From UHGV virus genome UHGV-0085204: DNA of 38,284 bases; one strand, 5' to 3'. Both the position numbers and the translations under genes were made by a program. Source of the DNA: a virus. Below the pieces are notes generated by a model. The model searched no databases. It worked only from the letters and a program-made list of their open reading frames with translations, and was not told where the DNA came from. Each line of letters opens with the position of its first letter. The first letter of the stretch is position 1. Of the stretch, positions 26,035 to 35,924 are shown piece by piece.

Positions 26035-26928
26035 ATGGACCAGATGGCAGAAAACACACCAGAAGTTGAAATCGAAACCGACGCGTCAGAGCAGATTCCT
26101 GATGATGTCGAACTGGCTGAAGAAGTCGAAACAGAAGATGGCAGTGAGTCCTCTGGCAATGATGCAGAGGAAGCTACTGAAACTGATGACGACGAATCAG
26201 AACAGGAATTCTACTTTGGTGACGAAAAGCTGGATTCGCCAACCAGCGAAGATAGCGCAGAGCATGGACTGGTAAAACACCTGCGCAAGACGATTAAAGA
26301 GAAAGATCGCGAGCTGAAAGAGCTGATGCGTCAGTCTCAGAAACCCGTCGAGCAGCAGCCGGTAATCACTCAACCACCGCGAATGCCAAAACTGGATGAT
26401 GAGGACATCGGTTTCGATGAAGAAATCTATCAGCAACGCATGGCTAAGTGGGCAGAGGATAACGGAAAGTACCAGCAACAGGAGATGGCTCGCAAGCAGA
26501 AGGAGCAGGAGCTTCAGGCTGCTTATCAAGAGCGATTATCCAAATATCAGCAACGTGTTAAGGCTCTCAAGGTTCCTGGCTATCAGGAAGCAGAACAGGC
26601 CGTACTCGAGGAAATCCCCATCGAGACACAAAACGCGATCCTGTTTGAGTCAGAGAAGCCGGAAATCGTTGTTCTGGCGCTTGGTCGCAACGCTGAACTG
26701 CGCAAGCAACTGGCAGAAGCTACCAACCCCGTAGCAATTGGTCGTCTGCTGGAACGTATCGAATCGAAGGCCAGAATCATGCCAAAAGCAAAAACCACGG
26801 CAGCCACAACCCCGACAGTTAAGGGGAGCAACGGCGCAGTAATCAATAACCTCGACAAACTGAAAGCCAAGGCGCTGGAAACTGGTGACTGGACGCCGTA
26901 TTTCGCCGCTAAAAAGGCAAAAAAATAA
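26035..26928 (+). CDS. Scaffolding protein
   Basis: 297 aa; acidic N-terminus, charged helical middle, basic C-terminal tail; between portal and coat. Confidence 0.8.
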   Translation: MDQMAENTPEVEIETDASEQIPDDVELAEEVETEDGSESSGNDAEEATETDDDESEQEFYFGDEKLDSPTSEDSAEHGLVKHLRKTIKEKDRELKELMRQSQKPVEQQPVITQPPRMPKLDDEDIGFDEEIYQQRMAKWAEDNGKYQQQEMARKQKEQELQAAYQERLSKYQQRVKALKVPGYQEAEQAVLEEIPIETQNAILFESEKPEIVVLALGRNAELRKQLAEATNPVAIGRLLERIESKARIMPKAKTTAATTPTVKGSNGAVINNLDKLKAKALETGDWTPYFAAKKAKK

Positions 26929-26946
26929 CCTATCGGAGCATTAAGC

Positions 26947-28200
26947 ATGGCTAACCAATTAGCAAAAGACCTTGAAATCATGTTCGAAAACTACGTTGAA
27001 GGCTTTGAGGCCGCCTGCGTAGTTTCCCGTAACGCTAAAAAATTCCGTCCCGGTGATACAGCAATGCAGCGAGCAGGTGATGTTCTGTATCGTCCGCAGC
27101 ATTACCACATGAATATTGAGGAAGGCCTCGACCTCAGCAGCAAAACGCCAACAGCACTGGTTCAGCGCCTTGTTCCTTCTGTGTTCAAGGAGCCGAAAAA
27201 CATTCTGTACACTCTGGATGCGCGTGAAATGCGTGACCCGGAACATAAAACTGAAGCTGGTCGCGCCGCAGGTATGCGCCTTGCTGCACAGATTGACTCT
27301 GACCTAATTTCCATGGTTACGCAGCGTGCTACTAACGTGATCACAATGTCTGACTCAACCACTGGTTCACAGGGCCGTGATTTGTGGAACTGTGCGGCAG
27401 GTATTGATGCCACTATGACGGCGATTGGTGTACCGCAGGGTATCAACCGCCGCTCTTTCTGGAACCCCTTCAACTACAAAGACCTTGCTGGCGAGCTTGG
27501 TCACCGTGCCTATGCTCAGGGCGCAACCTTGACAGCATACGAAAAAGCGCAGATCCCTCCGGTTGCGTCCTTCGATAGCTACAAGACCGATATTTCTGGT
27601 CGTGTTCCGAAGGGTACAGCAACTTCCCTGACGCTGGCGGCTGAACCTGCGCACAAGGTTGAAGCGAAAGATGCCAACGATATGCCAGTGGATAACCGAC
27701 AGGGGACCATTACGGTATCTGCATCTGGTTTGCAGGTTGGCGATGCGTTTACCATTGCAGGGGTGAATTCCGTACACCAGATCACCAAAGATACCACCGG
27801 GCAGCTGCAGGTATTCCGCGTTCTGGCAGTAAGCGGAACGACAGTAACTATCTCCCCGAAAATTCTGCCGCCTGACAACGCGGATGTCGCCAGCCGACCA
27901 TATGCAAACGTTGATGCTAACGCGGCAAATGGTGCAGCAATTACCATTCTCAACAAAAATGCCGCACCGGCTAACCTGTTCTGGGCTGATGGTTCTGTTG
28001 AGCTGATGTACGGCAAACTGGCGTTCCCTACTGGTCAGGGGCCACAGGTAATGACAGCAACCACCGAGCAGGGCGCTACGCTGATCATGTCTTACGCCTT
28101 CGACCACATCAAAGGTGTAACCACTGCGCGTTTCACCACCCTGTACGGTTGCTCTGTACTTGTTCCTGAATATACGGGCATCGTTATTGCCGGGCAGTAA
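26947..28200 (+). CDS. Major coat protein (P22 gp5 family)
   Basis: 417 aa; position after scaffold; followed by strong terminator. Confidence 0.9.
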   Translation: MANQLAKDLEIMFENYVEGFEAACVVSRNAKKFRPGDTAMQRAGDVLYRPQHYHMNIEEGLDLSSKTPTALVQRLVPSVFKEPKNILYTLDAREMRDPEHKTEAGRAAGMRLAAQIDSDLISMVTQRATNVITMSDSTTGSQGRDLWNCAAGIDATMTAIGVPQGINRRSFWNPFNYKDLAGELGHRAYAQGATLTAYEKAQIPPVASFDSYKTDISGRVPKGTATSLTLAAEPAHKVEAKDANDMPVDNRQGTITVSASGLQVGDAFTIAGVNSVHQITKDTTGQLQVFRVLAVSGTTVTISPKILPPDNADVASRPYANVDANAANGAAITILNKNAAPANLFWADGSVELMYGKLAFPTGQGPQVMTATTEQGATLIMSYAFDHIKGVTTARFTTLYGCSVLVPEYTGIVIAGQ

Positions 28201-28207
28201 TTTTGGT

Positions 28208-28230
28208 GGGGCTTCGGCCCCATTTTTATT
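28208..28230 (+). terminator. Rho-independent terminator after coat gene
   Basis: GGGGCTTCGGCCCC hairpin followed by ATTTTTATTT. Confidence 0.7.
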
Positions 28231-28241
28231 TGGAGAAGACA

Positions 28242-28430
28242 ATGGCACGAACAATGCTCTATAAGCCTGGCAACATGATCACCTGTGGTCAGTTTGCTGT
28301 CGATTACATCATTGTTGATGACGAAGAAGTTAAATCTCACCTGAAAAAAGGCTGGGTAAAAACTCCTGAAGAAACCGCAACGAAGCATAAAGTGGCTAAG
28401 GCGGAAGAAGATGGCGAAAACGAAGGGTGA
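28242..28430 (+). CDS. Hypothetical small protein between coat and gp4
   Basis: 62 aa from ATG 28242 with GGAGAAGACA RBS. Confidence 0.4.
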   Translation: MARTMLYKPGNMITCGQFAVDYIIVDDEEVKSHLKKGWVKTPEETATKHKVAKAEEDGENEG

Positions 28431-28872
28431 TCTCGTTCTTAAGGCTTTACGAAAAGCCGGGCTGTATTCCAATGCCACGTTGACAGATGCCGACCCTCAG
28501 GCAATAGAAGATGCCATTAATGACCTCGAAGACATGATGGCAGCATGGCAGGCGAAAGGTATCGAGCTTGGATATCAGTTTGCTGATACAGAAAACGGCA
28601 TCATGCCGTTACCTGACGATGATTCAGGTATCCCTGCATGGGCAAATGATGGCGTCGCTTTGAAACTCGCTGTGCAAGTGTGCATGGATAACGTCATTCA
28701 GCCGTCAGATGCTCTCCTTACCGCTGCTGACAGCGCATATCAGACAATCTGCATCGCTTTAACCAAAATACCACCACTTGAGCGGCGAAATGACATGCCT
28801 CGCGGTAGTGGTAACAAAAGCGCGTTTACGTGGAATCGGTTTTACATCGAGAAAGATGATCCGAGTACGTGA
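28411..28872 (+). CDS. Head-tail adaptor / DNA stabilization protein (P22 gp4-like)
   Basis: 153 aa; gene order coat-gp4-gp10-gp26. Confidence 0.8.
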   Translation: MAKTKGDLVLKALRKAGLYSNATLTDADPQAIEDAINDLEDMMAAWQAKGIELGYQFADTENGIMPLPDDDSGIPAWANDGVALKLAVQVCMDNVIQPSDALLTAADSAYQTICIALTKIPPLERRNDMPRGSGNKSAFTWNRFYIEKDDPST

Positions 28873-28881
28873 GGTGAATAA

Positions 28882-30300
28882 ATGCCGATTCAGCAACTTC
28901 CGCTTATGAAAGGTGTCGGCAAAGACTTTCGAAACGCCGACTATATCGACTATCTGCCAGTGAATATGCTGGCTACACCCAAAGAAATCCTCAACAGCAG
29001 CGGATATCTTCGCTCATTCCCGGGCATTGCCAAACGTTCTGATGTGAACGGTGTATCTCGAGGCGTCGAGTACAACATGGCGCAGAATGCTGTCTATCGT
29101 GTGTGTGGCGGCAAGCTCTACAAAGGCGAAAGCGAGGTCGGTGATGTTGCCGGAAGTGGTCGCGTATCAATGGCGCATGGTCGAACATCTCAGGCGGTAG
29201 GCGTTAATGGTCAACTGATCGAGTATCGCTATGATGGCACGGTTAAAACAGTCTCAAACTGGCCTACAGACAGCGGATTCACTCAGTATGAGTTAGGTTC
29301 GGTTCGCGACATTACGCGTTTACGTGGGCGTTATGCGTGGTCAAAAGACGGCACTGATTCATGGTTTATCACTGACCTTGAAGACGAATCGCATCCTGAC
29401 CGTTACAGCGCACAATATCGTGCCGAGTCTCAGCCGGACGGCATCATCGGTATCGGGACATGGCGAGACTTCATCGTCTGCTTTGGTTCATCGACTATTG
29501 AATATTTCTCCCTGACTGGCGCAACCACCGTTGGTGCTGCTTTGTATGTCGCACAGCCATCACTGATGGTGCAAAAAGGCATTGCCGGAACTTACTGTAA
29601 AACGCCGTTTGCTGATTCTTATGCGTTTATCAGCAATCCGGCAACAGGTGCTCCGTCTGTATACATCATCGGCTCCGGTCAGGTGTCACCAATCGCCAGC
29701 GCGAGCATTGAGAAAATCCTCCGCTCCTACACTGCTGATGAACTGGCTGATGGTGTGATGGAATCGCTGCGGTTTGATGCTCATGAGTTGCTGATTATCC
29801 ACCTTCCTCGCCATGTTCTTGTTTACGACGCATCTTCAAGCGCCAATGGTCCGCAATGGTGTGTGTTGAAAACAGGCCTGTATGACGATGTGTACCGCGC
29901 TATCGACTTCATTTACGAAGGCAATCAGATAACGTGCGGCGATAAGCTGGAGTCCGTGACCGGGAAATTGCAATTCGACATCAGCAGCCAGTACGACAAG
30001 CAACAGGAACACCTGCTGTTTACTCCACTGTTCAAAGCGGATAACGCCAGAGTGTTCGACCTTGAGGTTGAATCGTCAACTGGCGTTGCGCAGTATGCTG
30101 ACCGCCTTTTTCTCTCTGCAACCACTGACGGCATCAATTACGGGCGTGAGCAGATGATTGAGCAGAATGAACCGTTCGTTTACGACAAACGCGTTTTGTG
30201 GAAGCGAGTAGGGCGCATCAGGAAAAATGTCGGCTTCAAATTGCGCGTTATCACGAAGTCACCTGTCACTCTGTCTGGCTGCCAGATAAGGATTGAGTAA
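28882..30300 (+). CDS. Tail accessory / DNA stabilization protein (P22 gp10-like)
   Basis: 472 aa, same length as P22 gp10; conserved gene order. Confidence 0.85.
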   Translation: MPIQQLPLMKGVGKDFRNADYIDYLPVNMLATPKEILNSSGYLRSFPGIAKRSDVNGVSRGVEYNMAQNAVYRVCGGKLYKGESEVGDVAGSGRVSMAHGRTSQAVGVNGQLIEYRYDGTVKTVSNWPTDSGFTQYELGSVRDITRLRGRYAWSKDGTDSWFITDLEDESHPDRYSAQYRAESQPDGIIGIGTWRDFIVCFGSSTIEYFSLTGATTVGAALYVAQPSLMVQKGIAGTYCKTPFADSYAFISNPATGAPSVYIIGSGQVSPIASASIEKILRSYTADELADGVMESLRFDAHELLIIHLPRHVLVYDASSSANGPQWCVLKTGLYDDVYRAIDFIYEGNQITCGDKLESVTGKLQFDISSQYDKQQEHLLFTPLFKADNARVFDLEVESSTGVAQYADRLFLSATTDGINYGREQMIEQNEPFVYDKRVLWKRVGRIRKNVGFKLRVITKSPVTLSGCQIRIE

Positions 30301-31001
30301 TGGCGGATTCGAATCTCAATACACCTGTTATTGTTCAGGCGACGCGGCTCGATACATCAATCCTTCCACGCAATATCTTCTCGCAGTCATATCTGCTTTA
30401 CGTTATCGCACAGGGTACTGATGTTGGTAACGTGGCGAACAAGGCCAACGAGGCCGGACAGGGCGCTTATGACGCACAAGTCAGGAACGATGAGCAGGAT
30501 GTGATTCTGGTCGATCACGAAGAAAGAATTCGTCAGCTCCGCATTGAAGTAGATGACCATGAAATCCGTATTGCTGCGAATACTGCGGCAATTGCAGAGC
30601 TGGATGTCAGACTAACCACGGCTGAAGGAGAAATAGTCACTTTACAGGCTGACGTCAGCGCTCTTGATGGCCGGGTTACGACTGCTGAGAGCAACATTTC
30701 TGCATTACAGGACGACTATGTATCGAAAACAGCCACTGCAACACAATCGCTGGCATCTCCCCTCAATGTAACAACATCCTATTCGGTCGGCGGCACCAAG
30801 GTTATTGGTGCTCGTCAGACAGGGTGGACAGCAGCCACAGGTACGCCACTTCTTGGCTCATTCAACGCTAACCAGTCATACACTGTCGGCACTACGTACA
30901 CACAATCCGAAGTCGCATCTCTCGCTACAGGTTTGCAGCAGGCGCGGCAGCGTATTCTGGCGCTTGAAACGGCACTTAGATTACATGGGCTGATTGACTG
31001 A
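30300..31001 (+). CDS. Tail needle (P22 gp26-like)
   Basis: 233 aa; N-terminus [41 protein letters not shown] and trimeric coiled-coil heptads match gp26. Confidence 0.9.
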   Translation: MADSNLNTPVIVQATRLDTSILPRNIFSQSYLLYVIAQGTDVGNVANKANEAGQGAYDAQVRNDEQDVILVDHEERIRQLRIEVDDHEIRIAANTAAIAELDVRLTTAEGEIVTLQADVSALDGRVTTAESNISALQDDYVSKTATATQSLASPLNVTTSYSVGGTKVIGARQTGWTAATGTPLLGSFNANQSYTVGTTYTQSEVASLATGLQQARQRILALETALRLHGLID

Positions 31002-31456
31002 TGATTACATTCAAACCAACGCGAAACATTGACCTGATCGAAGCAGTCGGAAATCACCCTGACATTATCGCCGGGAGCAACAACGGTGATGGATACGACT
31101 ACAAACCTGATTGCCGTTACTTTGAGGTGAACGTGCACGGGCAGTTCGGCGGAATTGTTTACTATCAGGAGATTCAGCCTTTGACCTTTGATTGCCACGC
31201 CATGTACCTGCCAGAGATTCGCGGATTCAGCAAGGAAATCGGGCTGGCGTTCTGGCGATACATTCTGACTAACACCACCGTTCAGTGCGTCACATCGTTC
31301 GCTGCACGCAAATTCCGCCACGGGCAGATGTACTGCGCAATGATTGGCCTTAAGCGTGTAGGAACCATCAAGAAATACTTCAAAGGCGTGGATGACGTGA
31401 CGTTTTACAGCGCCACACGCGAAGAACTAATCGACTTCCTGAATCACGGGAGATAG
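31001..31456 (+). CDS. Head assembly protein (P22 gp14-like)
   Basis: 151 aa; position after gp26. Confidence 0.75.
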   Translation: MITFKPTRNIDLIEAVGNHPDIIAGSNNGDGYDYKPDCRYFEVNVHGQFGGIVYYQEIQPLTFDCHAMYLPEIRGFSKEIGLAFWRYILTNTTVQCVTSFAARKFRHGQMYCAMIGLKRVGTIKKYFKGVDDVTFYSATREELIDFLNHGR

Positions 31457-31458
31457 CC

Positions 31459-32151
31459 ATGTTATATGCATTTAAGCTGGGCAGAAAACTGCGCGGTGAG
31501 GAACCTTATTGCCCTGAAAAAGGCGGGAAAGGTGGCAGTTCTGATAAAAGCGCAAAATATGCAGCAGAAGCTCAGAAGTATGCCGCAGACCTGCAAAATC
31601 AGCAGTGGCAGACGATCATGAAAAACCTTGCTCCGTTCACGCCTCTTGCGGAGCAGTATGTTAACCAGCTTCAGAATCTTTCCAGTTTAGAAGGTCAGGG
31701 GAAGGCACTTAATCAGTATTACAATTCTCAGCAGTATAAAGACCTTGCAGGTCAGGCGCGTTACCAGAGTCTTGCTGCTGCGGAGGCGACTGGTGGACTT
31801 GGTTCGACAGCCACAAGCAATCAACTGGCTACGATCGCGCCGACACTCGGTCAGTCTTGGTTATCAAACCAGATGAGCAATTACAACAATCTGGCAAACG
31901 TTGGGCTTGGTGCGCTGCAAGGTCAGGCAAACGCCGGGCAGACGTACGCCAACAACATGAGCAGCATTGCACAGCAAAGCGCAGCTCTTGCCGCTGCTAA
32001 TGCCAACAAACCATCAAGTCTTCAGACAGCAATTAGTGGCGGAACGTCTGGTGCGATTGCCGGTGCAGGTCTTGCCAGCCTTTTGGGAACATCAACACCT
32101 TGGGGCGCTGGCATTGGTGCTGGTATCGGATTGCTTGGCTCGTTGTTTTAA
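31459..32151 (+). CDS. Ejection protein (P22 gp7-like)
   Basis: 230 aa; Q/N-rich then Gly/Ala-rich hydrophobic C-terminus. Confidence 0.8.
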   Translation: MLYAFKLGRKLRGEEPYCPEKGGKGGSSDKSAKYAAEAQKYAADLQNQQWQTIMKNLAPFTPLAEQYVNQLQNLSSLEGQGKALNQYYNSQQYKDLAGQARYQSLAAAEATGGLGSTATSNQLATIAPTLGQSWLSNQMSNYNNLANVGLGALQGQANAGQTYANNMSSIAQQSAALAAANANKPSSLQTAISGGTSGAIAGAGLASLLGTSTPWGAGIGAGIGLLGSLF

Positions 32152-32160
32152 GGGGTAATC

Positions 32161-33456
32161 ATGGCTACTTGGCAAGGAACAAATGGCGGATTGTTGGCTG
32201 GTATCGGTGGTGTCAACTCAAACGCTCCGAACGTAAATGACATCGGCAATACGCTTCAGCTTATCAGGCAGAACAATGATATTGAGCGTTCAGGCGCTAA
32301 CAATGTTGGGCTGACTGCTTTGCAAGGCCTTTCAGGTATTGCGGGGGTGTTTCAGCAGGAAAAGCAGGCTCAGCGGCAGAAAGAATTTCAGCAGGCATAC
32401 GCTAATGCTTATGCGTCTGGTGATCGCGGTGCTTTGCGTCAGTTAGCTACTGAATATCCAGACCAGATTGAATCCGTTCGTAAAGGCATGGGGTTCATTG
32501 ATGAAGACCAGCGCAATTCTATCGGCACCTTAGCGGCTGGCGCCCGCCTTGCATCATCGTCTCCAGAAGCAATGCAATCATGGCTGCAAAACAACGCCAA
32601 GGAACTGACTCGCGTCGGTGTTGACCCTAACAGCGTTGCTCAGATGTATCAGCAGAATCCTTCAGGATTTGGTGAGTTTGTTGATCACCTTGGGATGGCT
32701 GCGCTTGGTCCGATTGACTACTTCAATGTTCAGGACAAGATGGCTGGTCGTGAGATTGACCGAGGCAGGCTGGCAGAGACAATCCGCAGCAATCAGGCAG
32801 GAGAAGCACTAACAGCTCGAGGTCAGGACATCCAGATACGTGGACAGAACATCAGCGCACAGAATGCTGCTCTTTCCCGAGAAATACAAAGAGCAGAATT
32901 ACAAGAAAAGGCTCTGGACAGACAGATAGCCAGAGAAAGCAATCAGTTAAAGCTTGAAGAGCTAAAACAGAAACAGGCAGATGTTCGGCAAAAGGCTGAC
33001 ATAGCCCGCGCTGACAGGCAGGCCGCCGCTCAGGGTGCAGTTGATACGTTCAGCACCGCGCTTGATTCTCTCAACGAGATAGAGCAAAGCCCCGGCCTTT
33101 CAAAAGCAGTAGGAATTCGCTCAGCGTTTCCGACAGTTCCTGGCTCTGATGCGGCTAACTTTGAAGCAAGGCTCGACACCTTTAAAGCTCAAACATTCCT
33201 TCCTATGGTGCAGTCCCTGAAGGGTATGGGCGCTCTTTCAGATGCTGAGGGTAAAAAATTATCCGATGCGGTTGGTGCCCTAAGCCCCAAAATGAGTGAA
33301 AAGGCTTTTCGTGACTCTATCGGAAAGATTAGAAATCAGCTTGAAAGCAAGTTGAGCACTGTTAAAAAACAGTTTGATTATCAGGATCCAGTACAGAATA
33401 CGCCAGGACAACAATCTCCTGCTGGCAGTAACTTTTCTTCACTATGGGGTGATTAA
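32161..33456 (+). CDS. Ejection protein (P22 gp20-like)
   Basis: 431 aa; position between gp7 and gp16. Confidence 0.8.
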   Translation: MATWQGTNGGLLAGIGGVNSNAPNVNDIGNTLQLIRQNNDIERSGANNVGLTALQGLSGIAGVFQQEKQAQRQKEFQQAYANAYASGDRGALRQLATEYPDQIESVRKGMGFIDEDQRNSIGTLAAGARLASSSPEAMQSWLQNNAKELTRVGVDPNSVAQMYQQNPSGFGEFVDHLGMAALGPIDYFNVQDKMAGREIDRGRLAETIRSNQAGEALTARGQDIQIRGQNISAQNAALSREIQRAELQEKALDRQIARESNQLKLEELKQKQADVRQKADIARADRQAAAQGAVDTFSTALDSLNEIEQSPGLSKAVGIRSAFPTVPGSDAANFEARLDTFKAQTFLPMVQSLKGMGALSDAEGKKLSDAVGALSPKMSEKAFRDSIGKIRNQLESKLSTVKKQFDYQDPVQNTPGQQSPAGSNFSSLWGD

Positions 33457-35453
33457 TGGCTAAAGCATGGAAAGATGTTATCGCCTCTCCACAGTATCAG
33501 GCGTTAGCACCAGAACAAAAAGCGCAGGCTCAGGAGCAATACTTCAATGAAGTCGTGGCCCCGAAAGCCGGAGAAAATGCAGAGCAGGCTAAGCAAGCTT
33601 TCTATGCTGCCTATCCATTGCCATCTGTGCATCCAGTGGAGACACAACAACCAGTAGCACAGCAACAACCACAGCAAAGTGGATTTATGTCTGATCTTGG
33701 TGAAGCCGTGAAAGAAACTGGTCGCGGACTGGTGCAGGCTGGCGTGAACGTGGCAAACATACCTGCATCAGTTGCCGATGCTGTAACAAGCGCGGCGGCT
33801 TGGGCTGGCGGTAAACTCGGCATTGGCGATGGTACATATCAACCAGCACCACGAGTAACAACGCAGGGATTAGAGCAGGACTTTGGCCTTCAGCAAGGTG
33901 CGCTGACTCCACAAACGACAGAGGGAAGGGTATTTGCTGAAGCATTGCCTTACCTCACTCCTGCTGGCGTTGAGAGAGCGGCGGTACAGGCACCAACACT
34001 TGCTGGTCGAATTGCTCATGGGGCAACTCGCCTTCTAGCAGAAAACGCAGTTGGATCACTTGCTGCAAATAGTGCGAAAGATGATGCGGAAGCACTCGCT
34101 ACCGATTTAGGTGTTGGAGTTCTGGCAGGCGGCGCTATTAACGCTGCTGGACGTGGATTAGGTGCTGCTTATCGTGGCGTTCGTGGTGCTATTGCGCCAG
34201 AAGCGCAGCAGGCTATCAGATTTGCAGAGCGTGAAGGAGTGCCTCTGCACACCACAGACCTGTTACAACCTACTTCCCGCGTCGGAAAAATGGCGCAGAC
34301 TACAGCAGAAAATATCCCTCTGGCTGGAACAAGCGGAATGAGAGCAACGCAACAGGAAGCGAGAAGCCAGTTGGTGCAGAGATTTGCTGATAAATTCGGG
34401 GAGTATGATCCAGCGGTTGTTATTGACAGCCTTAAAGCGAAAACATCAGGAATTCGTCGTGCCGCCGGTAATCGACTGGAGCAGGTTCAGAATGCTATGG
34501 CTGGAGTAAACATTCAGCCTGCGCGAGCAATTCAGCAGATTGATACAGAAATATCTAACCTGCAGAAGCTTGGTAAGGTGGCTGATAACGAGACAATTTC
34601 AAAACTTCAGTCATATCGTGATGAGCTTGTTCGCAATGCTGGCCCTGATGGTCCGGTAAATCTGGATTTGAAGCAATTAAGCGACCTGCGCAGTCAGTTC
34701 AGAATGGACGTGAAGGGTGAGCGACCAGTGTTACCAAACCGTTCCGATGCTGCCATTCAGCGCGTTTACAAGGCGATGACCGACGATATCAATGGTGCCA
34801 TTGGTCAGAATCTTGGCAACGATACTCTCCGTAAATATCAGCAGGCCAATGCCGTCTACGCTGACGAAGCGGCGAAACTAAAGAATACCAGGCTGAAGAA
34901 TGTTCTCATGAAAGGCGACCTGACGCCGGAAGTTGTCAACAACATGCTATTCAGCAAGAACAAATCGGAAATTAAGACGCTGTATAACTCAGTTGGTCGT
35001 GTTGGCAGGGTGCAAATGCGCAATGGCATCATTGGAAAGGCGATGGAGAAATCTGGCGGATCCCCTGACCAGTTCCTTCGGCAGCTTAACATCCTGCAAA
35101 ACCAGACTGGCATCACATTTAAGGGGCAGGACGCTGCTTATCTGAAAGGATTGAAAAATTACCTTCAGTCCACTCAGCAGGCAGCAAAAGCGGCAGTAAC
35201 AACACCAACAGGGCAGCAAACCATCCCGTTCATTATCGGGTATGGGACGGCAATGAACCCGGCGACAACTGGCGCAGCAGTAAGCTACGGACTTCTTACT
35301 CGCGCCTATGAGAGCGAACCATTCAGAAATGCAATGCTCCGAATGGCAAACACCCCACGCGGATCAACAGCGTTTGAGAAAGCCATGCAGCAGGCGCAAA
35401 AGGCCATTAACGCCCTGACTCAGGGTGCCAAGTCTGATGCGTTGTCAGAATAG
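33456..35453 (+). CDS. Ejection protein (P22 gp16-like)
   Basis: 665 aa; last of the three ejection proteins. Confidence 0.8.
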   Translation: MAKAWKDVIASPQYQALAPEQKAQAQEQYFNEVVAPKAGENAEQAKQAFYAAYPLPSVHPVETQQPVAQQQPQQSGFMSDLGEAVKETGRGLVQAGVNVANIPASVADAVTSAAAWAGGKLGIGDGTYQPAPRVTTQGLEQDFGLQQGALTPQTTEGRVFAEALPYLTPAGVERAAVQAPTLAGRIAHGATRLLAENAVGSLAANSAKDDAEALATDLGVGVLAGGAINAAGRGLGAAYRGVRGAIAPEAQQAIRFAEREGVPLHTTDLLQPTSRVGKMAQTTAENIPLAGTSGMRATQQEARSQLVQRFADKFGEYDPAVVIDSLKAKTSGIRRAAGNRLEQVQNAMAGVNIQPARAIQQIDTEISNLQKLGKVADNETISKLQSYRDELVRNAGPDGPVNLDLKQLSDLRSQFRMDVKGERPVLPNRSDAAIQRVYKAMTDDINGAIGQNLGNDTLRKYQQANAVYADEAAKLKNTRLKNVLMKGDLTPEVVNNMLFSKNKSEIKTLYNSVGRVGRVQMRNGIIGKAMEKSGGSPDQFLRQLNILQNQTGITFKGQDAAYLKGLKNYLQSTQQAAKAAVTTPTGQQTIPFIIGYGTAMNPATTGAAVSYGLLTRAYESEPFRNAMLRMANTPRGSTAFEKAMQQAQKAINALTQGAKSDALSE

Positions 35454-35542
35454 CTTCGCAAACACCAGGAACGTGCAAAAACCAAATATGTAGAACGCAA
35501 TATTCAGCATATCTCTTTGCATAAATCCTCCGTAACTGATGG

Positions 35543-35803
35543 TTAGCTGCTGTCTTTTTTATATAGCTCTTTGAGCGTATCAAAGACAATTTTCTTAACC
35601 ATATCAGATTGTTGTTCTGCCATACGCTCTGCATCGTCAATGTAAACTGATGCAGAGCTTTGTTTAGCCAATGATTCTTCAATCGCTGCAATTATCTCTG
35701 AGTTCAGCGACCTGTTATTCATCTTCGCACGCTGCTTAATTTTCGCGTGGAGTTCATGCGGAAGTCTCAAGTGAAACTGCGCCTCGTCGTATTTGCTGTA
35801 CAT
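35543..35803 (-). CDS. mnt: Mnt-like ribbon-helix-helix repressor (immI remnant)
   Basis: 86 aa from ATG 35803; C-terminus NDAERLAEQQSDMVKKIVFDTLKELYKK close to P22 Mnt. Confidence 0.8.
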   Translation of the reverse strand: MYSKYDEAQFHLRLPHELHAKIKQRAKMNNRSLNSEIIAAIEESLAKQSSASVYIDDAERMAEQQSDMVKKIVFDTLKELYKKDSS

Positions 35804-35876
35804 CCTTGATGCCTCACCAGTTGGGTGGAATGGCATCGTAACCTACTGGATAAATACTCAATAGTACCATTTCGGT

Positions 35877-35899
35877 ATGCAATCACATCATGGTTGCAT
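35877..35899. promoter_or_regulatory. Palindromic element ATGCAA-N11-TTGCAT between mnt and tailspike; candidate operator
   Basis: ATGCAATCACATCATGGTTGCAT just upstream of the tailspike RBS. Confidence 0.35.
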
Positions 35900-35924
35900 C
35901 ATATCATTCGTCTGGAGCAATGAA

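Noticed and set aside
26959-28478. Minus-strand ORFs up to 295 aa across the coat gene
   Set aside because: Antisense to the coat gene, which has clear homology and context
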